DNA from: Mayamaea pseudoterrestris
Lineage: Eukaryota
NCBI GenBank assembly: GCA_027923505.1
Contig: BROI01000003.1
Coordinates: 186,001-250,000, forward strand
Length of the DNA stretch: 64,000 bases
Reading direction: 5' to 3'
Below the pieces are notes generated by a model. It made no database searches, was not told where the DNA came from, and saw only the letters and a list, made by a program, of their open reading frames with translations. Below are positions 12,752-23,234 of the stretch, one piece after another (the first letter of the stretch is position 1; each line of letters begins with the position of its first letter). The position numbers and the translations under genes are program-made.

Positions 12752-13286
12752 CGAATGCGTACAATTGTCTCTCGCAGCGAATTTGGTTTGTCGATGAAGC
12801 AAGCGTTACAGCTTTATACGAAAAAAATATTTGTGGTGATCAATTGGCAAATAGTTGACCAGCAGCAACTACGATGCACTGCAACAAACGACTACTTTAG
12901 TTATGCAATGAAGGGGTTTCCTCGCTTTTTCCATACATTTCTAAATGCGATCACCATGTAGCGTACACTAATTTAGATACATATAATTGAATTCTTGCGG
13001 GGTGTGTCATTGGTTTCTGCCCCGTGTAGTTTGGAGACCACTTTTCCGAAAGTTGCCGTAGGAAAGAACATGTATACATAACGATACTTGGTGTGCACAA
13101 ACAGGCGGATCAACATATCTGTCCTTGAATGAAGTATTTGTGCATGAGAGAGCGTCGCAGTTCTGTGTGTTTCGGTGTGCATAATACAGTGTTGGGAGTG
13201 ACTCAAAACGAGTTGTATTGCGTCCATGGGAAAAAGTTTGCGTGCCGGAATTCGCTAACGCAGGATACAAAAGAAGGTAATGTGCT

Positions 13287-13991
13287 TCAAGGAATTGGTG
13301 TATCAATGACTTGCGCCTCCTTTATATCATTTGATAAGTCCGAATGATGTTCGCCAACGTCGTGACGAATCTCGTCGAATTCGTTGGGTAGAACGGACTG
13401 GGTCGTTTTGTGATGCTCTTCCTCTTTATCATCAATTTCATTCTCAACACATTCAGCAGGTAGGTTATTCTCTACTTCCATGTCAATTCCGTCGCCTCGC
13501 TGGTGGTCCTTGTCGTCATTATCAGTGTCATAGTCGCTCAAGGCCGCAGTATCATCGTCCCGACGATTACTTTTGCTGCAGTAGTTTCGATGCACCATGT
13601 GACTCGTGGCAATGATTAGAAGCGCGACAAGAACTCCGTCAACGTATAGAAACAATTTCCAAAAGTTGAAGCCCTCTTGGTAATCGTCTTCATCACTATT
13701 GTCGTCATCACTAGGATAGCTTGCTCGCCAAATATGATGCTGCAATATTAAAACAAGCAAGGCAGTCAAGCCCGACGTGAACAGCCTGACAGCTAACGTT
13801 TCATGCAGTAGCTTGCGCATGGTCTGAGTAGTCCTTGATGACGACAATGTTTGTTCCTGATGCCTTGATCGCTCATGCTTCCAGCGTAGAACAAAGGCCG
13901 TCGTCACGCCGCCAAAGAGGAGAACCGTAATGGCAACAGCGGCAAGAAAGTCCAATGCATTCTCACTAGAGTCACCAGGTGCTACCTTCAT
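13287..13991 (-). CDS. Hypothetical membrane protein (3 predicted TM helices, acidic tail)
   Basis: Open frame with three hydrophobic stretches; no family recognised. Confidence 0.6.
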   Translation of the reverse strand: MKVAPGDSSENALDFLAAVAITVLLFGGVTTAFVLRWKHERSRHQEQTLSSSRTTQTMRKLLHETLAVRLFTSGLTALLVLILQHHIWRASYPSDDDNSDEDDYQEGFNFWKLFLYVDGVLVALLIIATSHMVHRNYCSKSNRRDDDTAALSDYDTDNDDKDHQRGDGIDMEVENNLPAECVENEIDDKEEEHHKTTQSVLPNEFDEIRHDVGEHHSDLSNDIKEAQVIDTPIP

Positions 13992-14708
13992 TGTAACAAT
14001 CGACGTTGAGATGGCAGGATGAAGCAATGACTAAGCGATTGTCAGGAGAAGAATGGCCGAAAATCTGTCGAAGACCGAAAACGTGCGCGCGACGTCGCGG
14101 CGCGACGACGTGACAGATGAACACCACTGCGACAAAGAATCTTTCGTTCACCTCGTCGATCATTTTTTGGCGATCCTCCAAGTTAAAGATAGTCGAGACT
14201 TTGTAGAAGCTGATAAAAAAGACAATTTACTGATGCTTAATTTTGACATGAAGTAGCCAAACAGATCGTGGTTTGATCAAAGCGAGAGTGGCCATGCAGT
14301 TTAATGAGCACACCTACGCGAATCTTCCACGTTTGAAGCGTTATATGAAGGCTCAGTAAGTTATTTCGTGCGCCAGGTGGATGCAGGGACCGTTCAGATG
14401 GTCATTGCACTAAGCACTAGCGATCAAGCTCAGCCGCTTCTAGGTATTTGTAACGTTTACTTTGTCAGAAACAAGGAAGCAGGGCAAACAGTTAGTTTCG
14501 CCTTCCATAATGGCAGCATTTGATCTGCTCCTCACGTGTTCTACAATCTACCGAGCATGCGCTAGAGTAAAACTGGCGCGCAATGTGCTTTTAAGCTAAG
14601 ATGTGCGCGTAGCACCTTCAACGTACGTGCTGTTTTGTTTTTATAATCGTTTTATGATTTGTATGAATCGTACCGGTTGAAGCTTTGTCAACAGCACTTT
14701 TGCATACA

Positions 14709-15587
14709 TCATTTACTCGCAGTCTCCTGTCGTCGCTTAGCTTCCGCTTGCTTCTGCATGGCCTGCCGCGAAACGTGCGCAAAAATGTAAAAGTCGGCAA
14801 TGGTATGGGCAAGAATCGGCAAGCCCAATCCCTGACTCGCATCCTGCAGGTAACCCATGAGCAGTCCATACACAAAGGTCAAGAACATTCCAATGGCCCC
14901 GGATGGAATGCCATTGTAGTGCCAAAGGCCGAAAAAGACTGCCTGCGCCACGTTGGAGTCTCGCCGACTCAATCCGGCCAACATGTACTCGCTTCTCCAA
15001 AATCCGCGACACTCGCCTTCCTCGCACATGGCATTGATAATTGCCATGCACAATAGTCGTCCTTGAAGCTTCCAGCCAAGCTTCACCTTTGGTAAACTGC
15101 TAGACTGTTGCATGACGCCAATGTGGCTCTGCGTTTTCGACTCGAACAGCCTTGACCACAGCGACAATACGTAGTTGACTTGCGTCGACAATATGACGAC
15201 AATGATGAGCAACTTTGGGTTTGGTGGCCATGATCCCAGCGACAGCGGATGGTCTGGTCCACTCGTTATCAAGTCGAATCGATTTGCCAATGTCCACAGA
15301 AAAAGGGCGGCAGCGACGGAACAAAGCTTGGCGTAGCCCTTGCCGAGAGGACCAGTCGTTATAGTGTTGAGAGATAACATGAAAGGTAATTGTCGTAGCA
15401 ACAGAGCAGTGATTTTCCAAGCAGCCGATACTAGTGAGTATGGAGGAAAGGCAAATATTGCAATGGCGAAGAAGAGGTGACAAATGATGCGAAGATATTT
15501 GCTTTCGAATGCATTCAATCTGTAATTGTGTAGAGCTTGCGACAGCAGTACCGTCAGACAAGGATGTAGATTTGATAGGCGATCCAT
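14709..15587 (-). CDS. CPBP/Abi (type II CAAX protease) family intramembrane protease
   Basis: EEGECRG, FGLWH and AHTIAD are the three CPBP motifs; multi-TM; start uncertain. Confidence 0.85.
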   Translation of the reverse strand: MDRLSNLHPCLTVLLSQALHNYRLNAFESKYLRIICHLFFAIAIFAFPPYSLVSAAWKITALLLRQLPFMLSLNTITTGPLGKGYAKLCSVAAALFLWTLANRFDLITSGPDHPLSLGSWPPNPKLLIIVVILSTQVNYVLSLWSRLFESKTQSHIGVMQQSSSLPKVKLGWKLQGRLLCMAIINAMCEEGECRGFWRSEYMLAGLSRRDSNVAQAVFFGLWHYNGIPSGAIGMFLTFVYGLLMGYLQDASQGLGLPILAHTIADFYIFAHVSRQAMQKQAEAKRRQETASK

Positions 15588-15884
15588 TGTTTTGGTTTTG
15601 GCGTAGCAATAAAGAATTGTGAGTCTCAGGCATGAAAGGCCCTGCAACAGTCGTCATGGTGAAAACGGCGCGGCCATCGCATGCATCCAAGGTGAGAAAG
15701 CCCGCGACTCACCGGTAGTGAATACGATCTTGAATACTCTCCGTATGCAGTCATTTGAATGAACACGGAGCAATTCCATCCAACGCCACAGTCTACTCGA
15801 CAGGTGAGCTTCATCACATCGCAGTAACATATCGACCCATCCACACCAAACCCTTGATGCTTTCATCATTGAAACTGCACTCGA

Positions 15885-17942
15885 ATGAATGATAGAGAAA
15901 GAGTAAAGGATGATAATAAAACAGAATCTTTGAACGAGAATGAGTCCCAGAGTACCGCAGCCAACGACGAGACGAAAGCTGCACGAGTTAGTTCGGATGG
16001 AACTCTTCGACCAGCACCAGCGTCTGCCGAGGATAAATCTTTCATCAGTGATGCAAGTGGCACTGCAGGAGTGGATGAAATCGAGACTTTGGGACACGAT
16101 AGCCTTGTCCAGGGTAGTGCGCAAGCGTCGTGCCAAGACATCGGCGATGACATGTTCAATGTTGTAGCTGAGTTTGCTACAACTATAACTCGGACCAAAA
16201 CTAGGCTAGGTAACGAAACGACTTTGGCCACGAATGCGCCGACGAGCGGACCAAGTGCTACAAGTTATCAATTTTCGACTTCATCTCCAGGAGCGAGTCA
16301 CGTATATCCAAGCAACTATGACGTGAACGCTGAAGTTAGTGCAGACTTTGTCTACGATGCACCGCTCATTGTTCACACTGGCGTTACTCCGACAGAGAGG
16401 GACGATTCCTTGATAGTCGATGCTGACGAAAGCCAACATCCAGTGCTACTCGGGACGGTTGTGGTGACACATTCAAGCAATCCATCAAATTCATTGCAGG
16501 AGAATCCAGTCCTTGTGGCAACACCAGTCAATGGAGTATACGTGAAACGAAGGCCATTGGTGTACACTATCATTGGGATATTTCTTGCCCTGTGTCTTAT
16601 TGGACTAGCTGTGGGGCTATCGGCAAAAGGGAATGATGAATCTTCCGCCGCCATGCCGCTTGGGAGCACCACGGAGCCCACTACCATTTCCAGACTCGCT
16701 CGCATTCTGCCAGACTACACGAAGGAAATTCTGTTAAGTGAGCTTTCGGCCGACAGATTTCAAGAAAGTGAATGGTTTCAAGCTAGTGTCTGGACTAAGG
16801 TTAGTTTTCTCCCAAGTTCTGCACAAGGAAAGGCCTGGAAATGGCTCTTCTCGGATCCCAAACGCGAGTCGCGTTCGTTGGAGGAAGCTAGCCTCCGCTT
16901 TGCGTTAACGACTCTCTACTACGCGACGGACGGGCCCAACTGGATTAACAATACCAATTGGCTCAGCGAGAAAGATGCCTGTGAATGGTATCATTGCCAG
17001 CCATCCACTTGCATCTTATTTGAAGGTAGCATTTATAAAAGTGCTGCAGAGACTTGCCGTGCGATCGGATTCAAAATGCTGTTCTTAAGTAGCAATAATC
17101 TTGTCGGGACAATCCCGGCAGAGTTGGCAATGGTGGCCAACTTGCAGTACTTGCGTCTTTCGACGAACAAACTGTATGGAACGATTCACAATGACATCTG
17201 GCTCAGCTGGCAGCACCTGGAAGCGCTACAATTGTACGGCAACATGCTAACTGGTATTCTTCCAAGTGCCATCGGGCTGATGAAGAATCTTGAAGTCCTC
17301 GGGATTGAATCAAACCAATTTCGCGGCAACTTACCGACAGAGATGGGTGAAATGGTGGGTCTTTTCATGTTCATGGGGCAGAACAACCTCCTAACTGGCA
17401 GGCTTCCTACACAGTTAGGAAGAATGAGCAGCGTCGTTATATTCAATCTCGCCAATAATGAACTCACCGGCCAAATACCACCCGAGCTGTTCAAAATGAC
17501 CGAGTTGACGACATTGGAATTAGCACTGAATAGACTTTCGGGCACCATCCCATCCAATATAGGTTCGTGCAGACTTCTTCAGACTTTTCAACTCGGCTTT
17601 AACATGCTAGAAAGTTCTATTCCAAGCGAGATTGGTCGTTTGACTAATTTGAAGACGTTGTACTTGAACAACAACACATTGGAGGGCCTCCTACCCTCGA
17701 ACCTCGGCAGTCTCACTGGACTCTACAGCCTTGATGTTTCGGGGAATTTGGGGGTAAGCGGGACTGTACCTGCTGCACTCTCGCAGCTATCGCGGTTGAT
17801 GAGTTTGCAAGTATTCGACACGAGCTTGTCGGGTAGCGTTCCGGCGAGTGTCTGTCGAGCCTTCTCGATGCAACGAGCAAATGACGGCATTGTCATTGAC
17901 TGCAATCTTGTTCGTTGCGACTGCAACTGCACCTGCATCTGA
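15885..17942 (+). CDS. Type II membrane leucine-rich-repeat protein (diatom-expanded LRR family), no kinase domain
   Basis: Disordered N-terminus, single TM, LYYATDGPNW...WLS..ACEW cap, plant-type LxLxxNxLxGxIP repeats, Cys-rich C-cap. Confidence 0.9.
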   Translation: MNDRERVKDDNKTESLNENESQSTAANDETKAARVSSDGTLRPAPASAEDKSFISDASGTAGVDEIETLGHDSLVQGSAQASCQDIGDDMFNVVAEFATTITRTKTRLGNETTLATNAPTSGPSATSYQFSTSSPGASHVYPSNYDVNAEVSADFVYDAPLIVHTGVTPTERDDSLIVDADESQHPVLLGTVVVTHSSNPSNSLQENPVLVATPVNGVYVKRRPLVYTIIGIFLALCLIGLAVGLSAKGNDESSAAMPLGSTTEPTTISRLARILPDYTKEILLSELSADRFQESEWFQASVWTKVSFLPSSAQGKAWKWLFSDPKRESRSLEEASLRFALTTLYYATDGPNWINNTNWLSEKDACEWYHCQPSTCILFEGSIYKSAAETCRAIGFKMLFLSSNNLVGTIPAELAMVANLQYLRLSTNKLYGTIHNDIWLSWQHLEALQLYGNMLTGILPSAIGLMKNLEVLGIESNQFRGNLPTEMGEMVGLFMFMGQNNLLTGRLPTQLGRMSSVVIFNLANNELTGQIPPELFKMTELTTLELALNRLSGTIPSNIGSCRLLQTFQLGFNMLESSIPSEIGRLTNLKTLYLNNNTLEGLLPSNLGSLTGLYSLDVSGNLGVSGTVPAALSQLSRLMSLQVFDTSLSGSVPASVCRAFSMQRANDGIVIDCNLVRCDCNCTCI

Positions 17943-18745
17943 AGGTTTACATTCGCTGCGTTGACATTATACTTCTTCTACGGTAAACGCAAGGTTACGG
18001 CGATTGCTTTCGTTCCTGATGTACAGCACCGGGGGCGGCGGCAGCGAACCTTGCTTGTGCGAAGCAAGCTTGCTGCAATGCGCCTCAAACTTTACCGGAC
18101 CTTAACGACGTATGTTGACACGAATGCTGGTAACTTTTGATCTGCAACTATGTGTCGATCAAAGTATAATTGTTGATGAGCGGTATCAGAGTTAATCAAA
18201 TGCCGGCTTGAGCACGCGACGATTTGGAATGGCATCTTCTTCATGGTTCTCTATGATTATATGAAATCCATCCCATTCTATCGTCACAGTAGCAAGCTCT
18301 CTTGCGGTTGGAGGCCTCTAGATTCGCCACTTTGCCTTGCGCAACTTCTCGATCCAACTACACGAGTCGTTTAAATTTGCTTTGCACCCGGTACAGTACT
18401 GTAATCCTAAAGTGTGGGAAAATTTTGATTTGGATTCCGCATAGTCGGGGTCCTTGGTTTCTGCATAGTTGCCAATGTTTGATAAGCAATGTAGAGTAAT
18501 AAGTCATGCTCATCTAAGGAACAGGAATCGAACGCCTTGTGTCTTTGCATCTAGAAATTGATAGCTAAGTGTCGCAACACGACCCGCTTTCGATACGATG
18601 TCGCACCATGACACGAAATACCTCGCGATGAAGGCTTCGACGAAGGTCGGCATCCATCACACAAGATGAATGATCTGCTAGCATTGGCAAAAGAGAGACT
18701 CTTATACCCAAATCGATCGTTTCTATATTAAGAATACTCACCAGT

Positions 18746-19837
18746 ATGGCGCCGAAAAATCTAAAAGCAACTTTTGCGTTACAGCAGGAACTGAAGAGCA
18801 ATAATGATGACGCCAACCAACACGTAAAGGCAAATGGAACCTCCTTACGCAGCTACACTCTGTATCTCATTCGACACGGCGAAGCCTTTCACAACGTTCA
18901 GGAAAAGATTGCTGAGAAAGAGGCTGAAGCATTAGCGCTCGCGCAAGGCTTGTCACCTGCAGAAGTCCATCTAAAAATGATGCTCGCCCGCCAACGGATT
19001 TTGGACGATCCCGCCTTTTTCGACAGTCCATTGACGGCCGGAGGTATTCAACAAGCTCATGAAGCATCCGCTAAACTCTACTCCATGATCTTTCCGCTTC
19101 CAACCGAAGTATTTGTCAGTCCGCTGCAACGAACCTTGCAAACGGCGGCTCACTTGTTTGTACCGGAACATCACTCGAATGTACGCGTGCGCGAGGAGCT
19201 CCGCGAGCGACTCACGGGCCGGCCTGCCGATAACCGATACTCGAGCAGCGTCTTGGCGTCGCGCAAATCGTTTGCTCGTTTTAGTTTCAAGAATTTGCGA
19301 CAAAATAGTCTCAAAATGGAGTTTGATATTGATAGTTTCAATGGAAGTGACGAAGGTGACTCGGAGTTGCTGCCAATGTTTGATGACATGGGTAACGTCC
19401 ACTTGGGCGAAACTGCGGATGAAGATGATTCGGAGCTTCCAATAGACGGAGGAGACGATCTAGGGCCAGATTTTGGGCTTGGTATTGACATTGACGTTGA
19501 TCCAATGGCGAGCGACTTAGATCGAAGCGAGTGTCGCACCTTGGATGCGAGTGCAACAAGCATGTCTTCCTCCATGTCCAGTAGTCGGAATGTGCAGCGA
19601 TGCATGGAGCTGGAAAAGGATTTGCAGATTAGAGCTGGAAAGCTGCTGAGTATATTGTGTGATTCGGAAAGCTGCAGTGTCGCCGTACTCAGCCACAAGG
19701 CATATCTCCGTGCTCTGGAACGCGGCGTCTTTGGTCGAGAGGAGGCATCCGAATTCGGTAATTGCGAAATTCGGGTTTATACAATCACACTTGATACTTC
19801 AAGCAAGAGCTTGGTGAAGACGGAAAGATTGCTATAG
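18746..19837 (+). CDS. Histidine phosphatase / phosphoglycerate mutase family protein
   Basis: LIRHGEAFHN, VSPLQRTLQTA, AVLSH, FGNCE. Confidence 0.88.
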   Translation: MAPKNLKATFALQQELKSNNDDANQHVKANGTSLRSYTLYLIRHGEAFHNVQEKIAEKEAEALALAQGLSPAEVHLKMMLARQRILDDPAFFDSPLTAGGIQQAHEASAKLYSMIFPLPTEVFVSPLQRTLQTAAHLFVPEHHSNVRVREELRERLTGRPADNRYSSSVLASRKSFARFSFKNLRQNSLKMEFDIDSFNGSDEGDSELLPMFDDMGNVHLGETADEDDSELPIDGGDDLGPDFGLGIDIDVDPMASDLDRSECRTLDASATSMSSSMSSSRNVQRCMELEKDLQIRAGKLLSILCDSESCSVAVLSHKAYLRALERGVFGREEASEFGNCEIRVYTITLDTSSKSLVKTERLL

Positions 19838-19963
19838 ATTTTTAACATACCATATAGAAAGTTCACGATGACAACAAACGTTACTTCTCTAATACAGTCT
19901 TATTGTTTACGGTCACAATTCGACAAAAGCCTTCCATATAATCGTTTGCATCTTGCACATTCT

Positions 19964-20422
19964 TTACAAGCGACGTCCTTTGGATTTCGAATGGCTTTTC
20001 GAATGGCTTCCCTTCAAGTTGCGGTGATGCTTGCTTCCCTTGCTGTGCTTGCTTCCTTTGCTGTGCTTGCTTCCCTTGCTGTGGTGCTTGCTCGAATGAT
20101 GCTTGCTCGAGTGATGCTTGCTTCCCTTGCTCGAATGATGCTTGCTTCCCTTGCTCGAGTGATGCTTGCTCGAATGATGCTTGCTTCCCTTGCTCGAGTG
20201 AACCTTGCTGGAATGGTGGTGCTTGCTCGAGTGGTGCCCCTTGGAGGATGAAAAACTTCCGCCATGCAAGTGACGTTCCATAAACTGGCCAACTTCGTCC
20301 GACACTTGGCTCGCATCGTCGGCAAGAGGCTTGATGCCTGACGCAAGCACCAAACCAGGGCGAAGCTGCGCCTGTACAGCGACAGCGAAAAAGAGCGAGA
20401 CGGCAATAAGAAAAAGCTTCAT
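19964..20422 (-). CDS. Secreted His/Ser/Lys-rich silaffin-like precursor (152 aa)
   Basis: Signal peptide MKLFLIAVSLFFAVAVQA, acidic pro-region, RHL/RNL/RRL motifs flanking HHSSK and SKGSK repeats. Confidence 0.7.
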   Translation of the reverse strand: MKLFLIAVSLFFAVAVQAQLRPGLVLASGIKPLADDASQVSDEVGQFMERHLHGGSFSSSKGHHSSKHHHSSKVHSSKGSKHHSSKHHSSKGSKHHSSKGSKHHSSKHHSSKHHSKGSKHSKGSKHSKGSKHHRNLKGSHSKSHSKSKGRRL

Positions 20423-20829
20423 GGTAGGAAATTGGTACAGCAAGTGGTTCAGTCGGTGCAAAGTGTTTTGGTTTGGAGCCTCGGCCAGAAAGTGAGATGA
20501 GCGATGCGGCCTAAGCAGTCTTGACGCTTTGGCGCAATGGCGGCAGTTTAAAATCGTACAGTTGCTTTGAAGGCGCACCAGGCATTCGAATGCAAAAGCA
20601 CCTCGCTCGTATGACTGCACATTTCGAATCATAGAGCGTTCCGCGAAAAGTTTGCACCTCGATGGCATGCTCCTTCGACTCCTCGTTTGCAGAAACGAGT
20701 AAATGACGTTTCCGTTCAATTCCCATTGTCGTGTAAAATCTGCAAAGACTCAAAGAGCCTCCTTCTGCCTCGTTTGAAACAATCACATCTCAAGCGATGT
20801 GACGCGCGGGCGTATGCTCCCAAGTATTG

Positions 20830-21906
20830 TCATTCAATTGATGTATGAGTCCCAGAGTAATCCCATTCAATTAACGTATTTGTGGTTGCAGAAGCTTCCA
20901 GCAATTCAATGCAGTCGTTCAAGTTCTTCAGTTCCCGCGCCGTCGCACCATGTTCAAGCTCGCATCGTCTGGCTTCCTTCGCAAAGTCGAGGCTTTTTGA
21001 GTTCGTCAGTCGCATCGTCTTTTTCGAATTCTTGCTCAATTGAAAACGACCCGAGGACAAAATGTCTGGCGATGCTCCCTTGCTCAGCAAGTACTTGACA
21101 ATCGTCGGCATGCCTCGAGCTGATGCAACGGCAAGAGCCGTTTGATAGGCGGATGCAGCCTCGTAGGTTTGCAGGTCGACGATTGCCCCGTATTTTTCCA
21201 CAAGCTCTCGAACACACTTGAGAATAACTGCTTCGTTAACGTTTTTGGATCGACATACTTCGATCAAAAACAAGCCGCCAGTATATGTTCTCTGGTTGAT
21301 TCGCAAATGCGGTCCATACTCGTGCAAAAGGCCCACTAATTTTCGATGCGAAAGCCCCGACTTTTTGGTGCTGGCAGTGACAAGTTCACTCAGATAGTAA
21401 AACGCAATTTCGGTATTGTCCTTGACGAGTCGGTGCGCTTCCTTGACTTGCTCCAGCGGCGATCGTTCCAGGCGGGTGCAGCGGCGTCGCTTATGGTCGC
21501 TTCCGCCTGCTTGATTTCGGCGTGACGTTATGCTACTTGCACCATGACACTCTCTAGCAGCCCCATAGTCTTCCTGTAATATCGCTTCCCAAAGAATCGT
21601 ATTGTTTTGGAATTGATTGTAGCACAAGCGATTGAGTGGCGCGAGTTGATGGCAGACGACACTAGCTCGATTGGTCGGCGCCGCTACAAAGGAGACAATG
21701 CCAAAGAGTATCGTATCTGGAAGGTTCCACAAGCATGACAAGCTGCATTGTTCGAATGAGCTAGTGCATGAGTGTGACGAGTTTTCGGGTATACTCTTGT
21801 CACGGTCGTCGTTCGGCGTGGAATCTTGTTCGCGTAAAGAAGCGGCAACCGTGTGAATGTAATTGGACCATTCGGCAGCTGGATTCTTTCTTTTCAAACT
21901 CATCAT
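20830..21906 (-). CDS. Ankyrin-repeat protein with F-box-like N-terminal motif
   Basis: LWNLPDTILFGIVSFV (F-box-like); QTALAVASARGMPTIVKYLLSKGASPD (ankyrin). Confidence 0.7.
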   Translation of the reverse strand: MMSLKRKNPAAEWSNYIHTVAASLREQDSTPNDDRDKSIPENSSHSCTSSFEQCSLSCLWNLPDTILFGIVSFVAAPTNRASVVCHQLAPLNRLCYNQFQNNTILWEAILQEDYGAARECHGASSITSRRNQAGGSDHKRRRCTRLERSPLEQVKEAHRLVKDNTEIAFYYLSELVTASTKKSGLSHRKLVGLLHEYGPHLRINQRTYTGGLFLIEVCRSKNVNEAVILKCVRELVEKYGAIVDLQTYEAASAYQTALAVASARGMPTIVKYLLSKGASPDILSSGRFQLSKNSKKTMRLTNSKSLDFAKEARRCELEHGATARELKNLNDCIELLEASATTNTLIEWDYSGTHTSIE

Positions 21907-22233
21907 CTAACGCTTTAGTAACGAAAGTCGTAGTTTGATCAGAATCTTGTTCGTATGCGAGATTTGCCGAAGCGTATGTATGGACGTCAGCTGCAGTCGT
22001 TTGCCATGGTCGATTTCCCCGACAGACGCACGAACGTCGCTTCGGTACTGTTGCGACACTTAAATTCTCTCTCCTGTTTCACACGACTCCGATCGCAATC
22101 GTCGCCCGAAGACAATCGATGAACCTCTCGGGAACTGCAACCTTGGATACGCATCCGCTTTCCTCTCCATCTTGACACCCTCACAAATAACTTGCTTGCA
22201 AATCTATTCACCAAATCTTCACTGATATCAACC

Positions 22234-22758
22234 ATGACACGCAATCTCTTCATCGTTACCTTGATGCTTCTTGCATCCAACATGATCGCCGGCAACATTC
22301 TCGACTCGGCCAAGGAATACATCACTGGCGAATCACACGCAAAGAACCAAGCCAACCAAAACTACAACGCCGGCAAGAATGCGGCCCGTGAAAACTTGGA
22401 CGCCGCTGCCAACAAGGCCCAGGAAGGCTACGACGCCGCCGCCAACACGGCCCAGCAGGGCGCTAACACTGTCGGCGAAAAGGTGCAGCAAGGATACGAC
22501 GCGGCCAAGCACACTGCTCAGCAAGGATACGACGCCGTCAAGAACAAGGCCCAACAGGGATATGATGCCGCTCGTGGAACCGCCCAACAAACCGCGGACA
22601 TGGCTGGTGATGCCTTTGACAGCGCCAAGCGCACGGCGCAGGATGCCGCTGGACAGACCCGCCAAGGAATAAATGATGCCCAGAACAAGGGACATGAAGC
22701 CTTGGACAACGCCGCCGAGGGCGCCAAGCGCAAGACGGACCAGGCCAAGGAGTTGTAA
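22234..22758 (+). CDS. LEA (group 3-like) 11-mer repeat protein with signal peptide
   Basis: Hydrophobic N-terminus, then 11-aa repeats such as KAQQGYDAARG and TAQQGYDAVKN; A/Q/K/D-rich, no Cys or Trp. Confidence 0.8.
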   Translation: MTRNLFIVTLMLLASNMIAGNILDSAKEYITGESHAKNQANQNYNAGKNAARENLDAAANKAQEGYDAAANTAQQGANTVGEKVQQGYDAAKHTAQQGYDAVKNKAQQGYDAARGTAQQTADMAGDAFDSAKRTAQDAAGQTRQGINDAQNKGHEALDNAAEGAKRKTDQAKEL

Positions 22759-22843
22759 ATACTTAAATCCTGTAATAGCTAAAGGTTCTTGAGTAAACAC
22801 AAATTTTACTGTATCTACTGTGCATTTACTATTATATGTTACA

Positions 22844-22897
22844 GCATTCTAAACTGTATCGCATCGACGTGCATTTTAAACTGTATCGCGTCGACGT
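22844..22897. repeat. 27 bp tandem duplication (2 copies)
   Basis: gcattctaaactgtatcgcatcgacgt followed by gcattttaaactgtatcgcgtcgacgt. Confidence 0.85.
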
Positions 22898-23234
22898 GTA
22901 GTAGTATTGTAGCTAACAGAAATCCTGATGGCTACCTTGACTGCCAAGTGTCGCAAAATCCAGTCGTGCCAATGGAGTCGTGTTAACGTAAATTTATTAA
23001 AGCCTCGAAACTTGAATACTCGAGAGTCTAAAGTTTTGAGTTTTCAATACGCGTTTTCAGACTCGTGATTGGATTCGATTCGCTTTCTACTCGTGGAGCT
23101 TGTCGTGGAGCTTCTTCGTCGAGGATCGAAGAAAGATGATGGCACAACGATCGTCTTCTTCTAGTGCGCGTCTCCCCACAAATTTCAACGATCTTCGACA
23201 TAAATCAAGAATATCAAACAAACTCACGACCAAC

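Noticed and set aside
19868..20251. + strand ORF with MMLASLAR repeats
   Set aside because: Antisense shadow of the His/Ser/Lys repeat gene, which has the signal peptide and processing motifs
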